Part shown: positions 1 through 8,500 of the stretch, piece after piece | How the letters are laid out: each line of letters opens with the position of its first letter | Numbering within the stretch: position 1 is the first letter of the stretch | DNA from: Azolla caroliniana | Taxonomy: Eukaryota; Plantae; Polypodiophyta | Assembly (NCBI GenBank): GCA_043228905.1 | Contig: JBHGNT010001229.1 | Location: 1 to 10,781 of the forward strand | Direction of reading: 5' to 3' | DNA: 10,781 bases | Program-made: the position numbers and the translations under genes | The notes under the pieces: model-generated | Told to the model about the DNA's origin: nothing | The model's input: the letters and a program-made list of their open reading frames with translations, nothing else | The model's database searches: none

Positions 1-1542
1 ACAGGTGGGGAAAACCTTCACTTACGGCTAGGTAAGAAATGCTGAATACGAAGATAATGATTCACCTAACCTGCTGCATGATGTTGAGAGCTTGGGGGGA
101 ATGCGAAGGGTTCTAGTTGATGAGGGCTATTTTGTGACGGACTCTTGCCACCCTAAAGCCCTCAAAAAAGATGTACAAAGAAAAAACAACCTAATTGTTG
201 CTGTGCACCCTTACATAAAAGGAGAACTCATGGTCGCTCAAGTAGAGACACCGTTGAAGACTGCCCGAAAAGCGAAATCAAAACATAAAAAATACAAGAA
301 ATGGAAGCATCTTGAGGAAGATGAACTCGAAGTTCTAGAGTTAGTTGACGAGGATATGAAGCTGCTTCCTTGGCGGTCATTGCAAGGAATAAAAGATGAT
401 AGATTATTAATATCTGTACTTTCATGAGTGGTTGCTAAGGAATTTAGCTTAGACGAAATGGTTACAGAATTCCAAAAGTGAGTTTTCTTTTTGTATTATT
501 GTTTGTGTTTGGATTGCTTTGTTAATTTACACTTGATTTTGACCTTTATGTGTAATGTTTTTTAGCCATAAGTTTTACATGAAGATACAAGAGTTGATGA
601 TGAAACAATTGTCCCTGCCAACATGGGAAGAAGTGGAGCAATCATGCCCAAAGACATCATCATACAAGGCTCTTGAAGAATTCTTTATTGTATTTAGAGA
701 ATGGGTATGTGTGTCTACAATTTTAATTACTTATAGGATAATGGGTAATTTCTTACAAAACTGATAATTGCAGAAACCACCTTGCTAGAAAAAACTAGGT
801 GATAGCAATGAAGGCATACCACGCACATTCATCACTCACTTGGAATGAGCGAAATATGAAAAGCGAATGACAAAAGGAAAGGAGGTGGAGGTGCCCGCAT
901 ACTCGGATACAATGAAGTATTTTTTACACAAGGGTGATCCTTTCCGCCAACTGTACTATAGTGTATATAATGGGGATGTGGGTAATATTCTTGACATATT
1001 ACCCAAGAGGCATTATACGTTGCTCGTTGCGGATATACCATATTGATTTCGAATAACCGGATCCACATATGATGACGTGCCGTATAAGTATCCTCGAATA
1101 GAAAAGACAGTGAAGGACTTTGCAGAGCTGACCTTGGCACCTTTGTGGCGAATCGTAATATTCCATAGTATGGGCCAGTCTTTATTGGTCACTATTGCGT
1201 TAAAGTCAAGATGCCATGCAATTGAACACATGCATTGGTAAGCTTCATGTTGCTATATATTAATATATGATTTCAAATGCACTTACTATATAGAAAATTT
1301 GGTGATATTTACTTATTTCCATTCCATTATACAAATAGGGTTAAAACGAATATAACTCATACCCTAGGAGATCGAATGGTCAACGCTGTGGAACATTTGT
1401 GCTTGGGGTACTATGATGCAATTTCTATGAAAAAGGCTCGGGCACATGTGAATGAGTGAAATATCGTAAATTACATCATGTGCCCAGCTGTGACAAAGAA
1501 GCTGCGCCATGTTTCTGGTGATAAAACTCTAGTAAACCCCTA
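1..1542 (+). pseudogene. Older degenerate paralogue of the methyltransferase gene, 5' part. Exons: <1-477, 566-704, 774-1237, 1339-1542
   Basis: Clear homology to the internal gene: DMKLLPWRSLQGIKDDRLLISVLS*VVAKEFSLDEMVTEF, HKFYMKIQELMMKQL...W, LLVADIPY*FRITGSTYDDVP, KDFAELTLAPLWRIVIFHSM, PAVTKKLRH...VNP. Intron positions match and the 139-nt exon length is identical. In-frame stops occur at 29, 425, 786, 846, 1044 and 1457. Confidence 0.92.
1539..1542 (+). repeat. Left target-site duplication CCTA
   Basis: CCTA immediately precedes the left TIR and recurs at 10700-10703. Confidence 0.9.
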
Positions 1543-1578
1543 AACACGTTCGCGTTCACAAGTGGAAGGATCGCGCAT
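1543..1578 (+). repeat. Left terminal inverted repeat (36 bp)
   Basis: AACACGTTCGCGTTCACAAGTGGAAGGATCGCGCAT is the reverse complement of 10664-10699 with one mismatch (at 1572). Confidence 0.95.
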
Positions 1579-1900
1579 AAATGGAAGGATAAGTGAAATT
1601 TTAGGGGTTTTTCAATGATTTTACAAAACACATTGATACCAGTATCATACAAGTTCAAACATACTATGAAAAAGGTTAAAAATCCACTATTTTCGTGATT
1701 TAGAAGTAACTAAAAAAAGACGAATTTCAAAAACATACATTCTCAATTTATATCACAAACTTTACAACCAATGTTATTTTATAAGAAACGATTTTTGGGA
1801 AATCATAAGAATTCAAAACACATGATTTTATATTACTCGATTTGTTACAAGCGGAATGTAGTTACACTTAATAGCCAAATATACATTCATGATCACTCCT

Positions 1901-4681
1901 TTACGGAGAATCACTACTATAACTAATATACAATGACGATTCCTCCTCATCATCCTCGGATGTACCAATCAGTGCATTATCTTCGTCATAAACCAAATGG
2001 TTTGACTCTAGATTATATGTAGCAGATCTCGTTTGCCTTTGACTCGAGCCACCTTGTAGACCTGGTAATTTTTCTTTTATTATATCTATTGTTGACTTCC
2101 TTAATCGTCCGGCTTTTGTAAGTGTGAAGTCGTACACGATGATATCCACATCAGAGATATCAAGGGTCGAGGTGTTACGAATGTTTCGCTTCCTCTTCCT
2201 ACCTCCCCTTCTTGTTTGGCATTCAATCATCTCCAATGTATACTTACCTGTAAAAGCATTTGCACTTCTAGTGTTGTACCAATGAACATTTATAGACTTG
2301 ATCGTGTTTTCTATTTCATGCATTAGCACTTCTAGAATTTTACCAACCCAAAATTGGTGGCCATGTGAGTTCTCATCAGCCGGCGTTGCAATCAACATCC
2401 CCGCGGTGAGCTCTTGCAAATTTCCTTGCCATCTAGCTTCGGCTGCTTTGGTCATCCTTGGTCCCACATAAATGTCTCTTTGTTGTGGATGGACCAAGCT
2501 GTCATTAATCGCATTTACTAGTCGCTCCGGACTTCTATTTATGCGATCATGTTGCAGCGACCATGTGAATGGCGTTTCCAAATTCCAATTATCAACAGAT
2601 ACACAATTGTCTATAATTTCTTTCTGATCACTATAAAATACATCCCACCATGACGTGTCTTGTTGTGCGGCATATTTCTTGGCGGCCTCAATATGTTTTC
2701 TTTTTTCTTCTAAGGCTTGGAGCCATGACCGTTTTTGTTCTGATACCAAGTCGCTCTGCAACTGTCCTTTCTTCTCAATTGGCATTTGCTTAGCTCCATG
2801 GACAATTGTACTCGGCATACAAAGTAATAACTGGCAACCACCTTCAGGTTCCCATGTTGTAGAAGATGAATATTGTTTAGCATACAAAAGTGTAGAACCA
2901 CTTATTCCATTTTTCTTTATCAAAAAAATGTGATTGAAACTTATATTGTTTAACTGAGCAAGCACTTTAACATTCCCACCACCCCCATCTAATATATATC
3001 TCTTAAAGTCATATACCTCCTTCAAGTGTAACACTTTTGGGCGTGGTGTATATGCATCACAAATGACATCAAATAGTTTAGGTAAAGTGAAAGCATCATG
3101 TCGAGACAACTGTCTGGAGAATGTGCTAAACATCTGATCTATATGGTCATGTGTGTGGCTAACCAAAAGGAAATTGACTTTCACTTTCCTAAACAATTCT
3201 AGGTTGACCAACATACTTAGATAGCCAAATACAGTTGAATTTTTGTTCTCTCTAGCAGTATTGTCCAATTGAATGTATAGAACAGGGGGGAAAGGTTGTC
3301 CCCAAGACATCAAAACTCGGTGAATCACTGTAACTGTTAGGTTAAAGTCATTGTGAACATTGGGGTAAGTAATGAAGACGTGAGGTCGAACAGACCTATT
3401 ATAAGCCAAGCATCCCACCAAGTGCATTTGAACAAGGCACTCATCATTGACATCTTTGGGGAGCCTCCGCATATGCGGCAAGCATGTCTTCTTCTGGTCC
3501 ATGCCATCTATCATTAAGCACATGTATTGTTCAGGCCTCTTCAAACACTTCTCTCTATGATGCATCGCCTTCCTTCGTTCTAAGGATTGTGCCTCACGAT
3601 GCTCTTGTAGTAACTTCTTACTCGTATCCTTTTCCATTGATGTCTTTGCACCTTTAGCCAAACTTTTAAGATTTGCACAAATGGAGCAATAACCCATACG
3701 TACTTTACGAGGAATAATAACATTTGAAAACCGAGCTCTCCATAATCTTGTGAATTGGCTATAGGTGATAGACTTATTACGTGAGCCCAGCATTTCAGAT
3801 CGATAGACATCATAAACTTCCCGACGGGTATAATTATCAGAAAGATGCATCCTACCTGTAGTGGGCATTACTTCACAATTTAACTGAAAGTAAGTTTTCA
3901 TCCAGCCAATAGCTAGTCTTCCAATTGCACCTTTCATACTTGGAACCTCTTTACAATTGAGCATCTGATCCCCGCTAAGTAGACGTTGTTGTACTCTATG
4001 TAGCCGCATGTTACTAACACATAACACAATTTTGAATGCAACTCTACATATCTGTTGCGCATGGAAGATATAATACTCGAATGATACTTTGATCCCCGTA
4101 CATTTGTCAGATACTAGTTGCATATGTGATCCGAGGTAAGTGTCTTGCTCATCACCAGTCATCGAAAAATAGTATCGCCTTAATTCTCGCAACTTTGATT
4201 TTCCAATCATAGACATACAACCACGGGCACAACATATTTTGTTGACATCAAATCCAATCTGTTTATCTGATGTCACCAAGCTAAATCTAGCCAGACGAAT
4301 TCTTCGTGGGATTCTTCTAATATGCATAGGGCTCCCAGATTTCTCTTCCTGCATAGAGGTTGGTGTAACCTTGTTACAGTCTAATTCTCTGTTCTGACCA
4401 TCGCCAATGTTATTCAATGTTTCCTGGGCACTTCCTTCATTCTCGGTATCTTTATTAATATCGTATTCTTCAATAGAGAACTCTTCACATGTGTCATTAT
4501 TTACATTCCCTGTAGATGAGCTCAGACAATATTCTTCGATAGAATATGGTGAGTCGGTCGAAAGACAATATTCTTCAATCGAATATGGTGACTCTGTTGA
4601 CAAACAATACTCTTCAGTAGAAAACGATGGGTCTGATGACAAACAATATTCTTCAATCGAGAACGGTGAATCTTCACTCAT
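1901..4681 (-). CDS. Sola-like DDD (RNase H-fold) transposase, 926 aa, DUF7869-type core
   Basis: Uninterrupted ORF. Putative catalytic motifs are CLMIDGMDQKKTCLPH, LYIQLDNTARENKN and FLLVSHTHDHIDQMFS. A CxxC zinc-ligand-like segment (CSICANL...H...H) precedes the first Asp, and there are N-terminal CCxxxC and CRVAF motifs. The ORF lies inside the TIRs. Superfamily assignment is from motif recognition only. Confidence 0.85.
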   Translation of the reverse strand: MSEDSPFSIEEYCLSSDPSFSTEEYCLSTESPYSIEEYCLSTDSPYSIEEYCLSSSTGNVNNDTCEEFSIEEYDINKDTENEGSAQETLNNIGDGQNRELDCNKVTPTSMQEEKSGSPMHIRRIPRRIRLARFSLVTSDKQIGFDVNKICCARGCMSMIGKSKLRELRRYYFSMTGDEQDTYLGSHMQLVSDKCTGIKVSFEYYIFHAQQICRVAFKIVLCVSNMRLHRVQQRLLSGDQMLNCKEVPSMKGAIGRLAIGWMKTYFQLNCEVMPTTGRMHLSDNYTRREVYDVYRSEMLGSRNKSITYSQFTRLWRARFSNVIIPRKVRMGYCSICANLKSLAKGAKTSMEKDTSKKLLQEHREAQSLERRKAMHHREKCLKRPEQYMCLMIDGMDQKKTCLPHMRRLPKDVNDECLVQMHLVGCLAYNRSVRPHVFITYPNVHNDFNLTVTVIHRVLMSWGQPFPPVLYIQLDNTARENKNSTVFGYLSMLVNLELFRKVKVNFLLVSHTHDHIDQMFSTFSRQLSRHDAFTLPKLFDVICDAYTPRPKVLHLKEVYDFKRYILDGGGGNVKVLAQLNNISFNHIFLIKKNGISGSTLLYAKQYSSSTTWEPEGGCQLLLCMPSTIVHGAKQMPIEKKGQLQSDLVSEQKRSWLQALEEKRKHIEAAKKYAAQQDTSWWDVFYSDQKEIIDNCVSVDNWNLETPFTWSLQHDRINRSPERLVNAINDSLVHPQQRDIYVGPRMTKAAEARWQGNLQELTAGMLIATPADENSHGHQFWVGKILEVLMHEIENTIKSINVHWYNTRSANAFTGKYTLEMIECQTRRGGRKRKRNIRNTSTLDISDVDIIVYDFTLTKAGRLRKSTIDIIKEKLPGLQGGSSQRQTRSATYNLESNHLVYDEDNALIGTSEDDEEESSLYISYSSDSP
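4463..4672 (-). repeat. Coding tandem repeat, 39 bp / 13 aa (SP[FY]SIEEYCLS[ST][DE]), 4 copies plus 1 partial
   Basis: The transposase N-terminus reads SPFSIEEYCLSSD PSFSTEEYCLSTE SPYSIEEYCLSTD SPYSIEEYCLSSS ... FSIEEY. Confidence 0.9.
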
Positions 4682-4711
4682 GGCTTAAGGTCTAGATAGG
4701 GCTCTCTAAGT

Positions 4712-4765
4712 TATACTCCTCTCTAACCATATACTCCTCCCTAAACATAAACTTCTCTCTAAACA
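4712..4765. repeat. 18-bp tandem repeat x3 just upstream of the transposase ATG
   Basis: tatactcctctctaacca / tatactcctccctaaaca / taaacttctctctaaaca. Confidence 0.8.
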
Positions 4766-5352
4766 AAAGCCAAATCAATAGAATGTCTATATTATGTAAT
4801 ATTCTATTAATACAATACATCTAAAAATTATTTTTAATAAAGTAATTTAACTTAAATTATCAATCATTATATAAACTAGATCTAAATGATGTTAAATCAA
4901 GTAAAATATAAAACTAATCATTAACAAGCCTTGAATATGTTGGATTAATGTTAAAATCATTGGCTAATTAATGACACCCATTTTGATATAGAACGTCTCA
5001 CTCATTGGTTCTTTAATGCTCACCATTTTAAATATTAGACTTATCAATCATTGGTTAATTCATGCCCACATCTTTAATACATAACATTTGAGAGTCATAA
5101 AAATTGTTGCTTTTAGTAATCAATCATTGGTACATTCATGAACCTCTATCATTGTCTCCTTCATAACCTTTGAAGTGATTGTAGGTTGTTATGAGTATAA
5201 AAGATTGATCAATATGTTAGTTTGACTTTGTAATCATTAATACAATCATAAGTTACTATAGTTAATGTGACTATGGTTACAAACTAACTATCCTCAAAGT
5301 TACCAACATTGGTTAAGGTGACTATGGTTACTTTAACCATGGGTTCAATCCC

Positions 5353-5360
5353 TATAAATA
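5353..5360 (+). promoter_or_regulatory. TATA box of the ParB-methyltransferase gene
   Basis: cCTATAAATAgg is followed ~25 nt later by an initiator-like TCACTCA and lies ~150 nt upstream of the ATG at 5504 (ACCATG context). Confidence 0.7.
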
Positions 5361-5387
5361 GGAAGACCTCATCATATTTCACTCACT

Positions 5388-5472
5388 AGAGCGTACAGAG
5401 CGTACAGAGCACACAGAACGCAGAGAGCACACAGAGCACACAAAGCACTCAGAGCACAAAGCACGAAAGCGC
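5388..5472 (+). repeat. Degenerate 7-9-bp repeats (AGAGCAC/AGAGCGTAC) in the putative 5' UTR
   Basis: agagcgtac agagcgtac agagcacac agaacgc agagagcacac agagcacac aaagcactc agagcac aaagcac. Confidence 0.75.
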
Positions 5473-5503
5473 GATCTCCGCCTCCACTTCAACACGATCA
5501 ACC

Positions 5504-8500
5504 ATGTCTTCCAAGAGAATCGAGCGCGAGGAGTCCAGGTAAGCCTCTGACACTGTGGACATTTTTGTAAATATGTTTCGTTTCTCAAGAACTCGATACG
5601 GCGTATCGAGTTCATGTATACAATACAAATATTTATACACGAACTCGATACGGCGTATCGAGTTCGTGTATAAATATTTGTATTGTATACATGAACTCGA
5701 TACGCCGTATCGAGTTCATGTTTAAAGTGTAGGTTTTAAACACGAACTCGATACGGCGTATCGAGATCGTGTTTAAAACCTACACTTTAAACATGAACTC
5801 CGTGTTTAAAGTATAGGTTTTAAACACGAACTCGATACGCCGTATCGAGTTCGTGTTTAAAGTGTAGGTTTTAAACACGAACTCGATACGCCGTATCGAG
5901 TTCGTGTTTAAAGTTTGAATTTTAAACACGAACTCGATACGGCGTATCGAGTTCGTGTTTAAAGTGTAGGTTTTAAACACGAACTCGATACGCCGTATCG
6001 AGTCCCTGTATATAAGAAGGCTTTGAGAGAGAAAAATCGTTTACGGGGTGGAAATGATATCAAATTGTCTGGCAAAATCAGTCTTTTTTATGTTGACTTT
6101 ACTTACTTTTAAACAAATACATGCTCTAATTATAGGTGTTTTATGACCTACTTTAGCTTAAAATAGTAGAAAATGATCTACAAATTGCCTTCACTATGGC
6201 AAATTCTCCTCAATATAGGTTTAGAATCTATATAAGTCATACCTACTATTTAAAAGAATATATAACCCGTTTTACTTATTACGATATATATTTTCTAGGT
6301 TGAATAGCCCTGCCTATAATAGATTTTTGAATATGTTACTGCTCCTGGAAACTGTTCTTCATTATAATAACAACTTCAATCTACGTGACTGTCTAACTTA
6401 TGTTTTTGCATATACTTTCTTAAATAGGTCGTTTGAGAACCTGTCAGACCGACCCGTGAAGAAAATTAAGCTTCGCATACAAGGTTCTCCAATCGAAGCC
6501 CAGACCAAGGTAACTCCTGAGACCATGAAGAGAGGAAAAAAGCTTCTCTTTAACGAAGAGACAAAATCTCAGCCACATAGTGATGTAAGCCAAAAGAAAC
6601 TTGTCGCCGCTACTGTAGGCGAAGACCTTCCTGACCGAGATCTAACGGACAAGGAATGGTGTATGCAATATGTCGACTCAAAGAAAAAAGTCGTATTGTA
6701 TACAGCAAAGAAGAAGGGTGAGGGGCAGCTAGGAAAAGAAACTCCATTTATTTATGGCCGAATTCTACGATTTGACTACGAAGATGCAGATTCGGCCAAC
6801 ATACTGGTAATGATAGAGTGCTCCAAGGGGGTACGCAAAGTGTTCCTTTCAGAAGACCTTTTAGTAAAGGAATCTTGTGGGCCTGAAGTGTTCAAAAAAG
6901 CACTTGATAACTCACAAAACCTGATTGTTACCTTGAGGCCTTATATACAAGGCCATGTAACTCTAAGAGATGAAGAGCCCTCCCACTTGAAGGCCACAAA
7001 AAAGGTATCCAAAGTCCAGTCAAGACCAGCCAAGAAGAAGACAACGAAAATGTCGGATACGGATTCGACAAGTGAAAATGAAGAAGAGGATAATAAGGGG
7101 ACGCCAGGAGCCGAGCTGGCCTCGGGTGTCTTGTCATCTGAGCAGAATAAAATAAGGAGAGAGTTAATGCAACAGAAGCTGGTCAGGAAAGGGCAAGTAT
7201 TTAATTTGCCTATAACACACATCCATCGGCCCCCTATTGATGAAAAAACAGGTCGAAGACCACTTGAGATTAGAGAGCCTCATCACATGCATGTTCAAAA
7301 TCTCAAGAAAAAAATGAAAATTAATCCTCATGCCACAGTGGTGCCTTTTATTGTTATGGTGGATCCTGAAGAATGTGAAACCATTGAAGATTTTGATATC
7401 AGAAAGCATGATCAATATAATTATTTTGTCATTGGTGGATCGCATTCAGCAGAGGCACGTCGGCAACTTGTAAGAGAACATCCAACCACTTTCTTCTTCA
7501 AGTATGCCGAGTGCAAAATTTATGTTGGGCTCACAACCGAAGAGGCTAAGCTGTTGGCATGGGACCATAATAATGATAATGACTATAGGCAGAAAATGTC
7601 GTCTATTGAGCGTATACGGTTCTTCCACCACGAGTATTTAGATGTGAAACAAAAGTTTGGTGTGAAGTTACATCCAGGCCTTCGACGTCAATGTCTGCAT
7701 GAAGTCGGCATTGTGGTAGATGATAATGTTAGGTCCGATGGTCTTCGAAAGTATGAATCTTGGTTTCAATTGGCGTTTAGAGATGGAGAAGTATGGGACC
7801 TCCAAGATCAAATATTCTCAATGTGGGAGAATAAGGAGGTAAAGGGTCAACGACAAAAGAAATGTAGGGTTGACCCTCAACTAGAATTAAAGTCACAAGC
7901 CGCCAAGAAAATTGACTTGACAATTGAAGAAGCGGCAGACGACATGAAGCTGTCTCTATGGAGAGCGATGCAAGGTATTAAGGACGAGCAGCTTCTTGTG
8001 TCGGTTTTGTCAAGGGTTGTGGCGAAAGATTTAAGCCTTGAAGAAATGGTCACTGAGTTCAATAAGTAAGTCTTTCAAATACTGAAATTGTAGTCTATCT
8101 AGTGTAATTCAAAGTTCTAATCTTGATTTCTAATTTTACAGTCATAAGGTGTACATGAAGATCCAAGAAGTAATGATGAAACAACTTGGATGTATAACTT
8201 GGGAACAAGTGACCGAGGATTATCCTCTAACGTCTTCGTATAAGGCGTTATCAGAGTATTTTATTGCATTCAAGGATTGGGTTAGTATTCATGTTTTTTC
8301 ATTACCCTTTCATCATATGTAGAGCTTGTATAATAATACCTGATGTCCTATTGCTTCTATTAGAAACCGTGTCGAGGCAAGAAACAAGGAGAAGTTAAGG
8401 ATATACACGATTTCCCTACATCCTTCCTTGCACATCTCGAGCGAGCCAGAAAAGAAAAGGATCGTCGCTTAGTCAAGGCGTACGAAATGGAGGAAGATGG

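Noticed and set aside
1533-1545. Plant telomere-like TAAACCCCTAAAC at the left junction
   Set aside because: It is fully explained by the V-N-P-Y codons plus the TIR start, and it is only one imperfect unit.
228-1658. Minus-strand ORFs in the left flank
   Set aside because: They are antisense to the + strand pseudogene, and one of them spans the insertion junction.
5379-5980. Short minus-strand ORFs (5379-5615, 5449-5640, 5780-5980)
   Set aside because: They are translations of the palindrome array and UTR repeats, with no protein-like features.
5589-6005. CRISPR array
   Set aside because: The spacers are identical or inverted copies rather than unique sequences, there are no cas genes, and the array sits in a spliceosomal intron.
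2655-8062. Small antisense or alternate-frame ORFs overlapping the two main genes
   Set aside because: They are shadows of the long coding sequences with no independent motifs.
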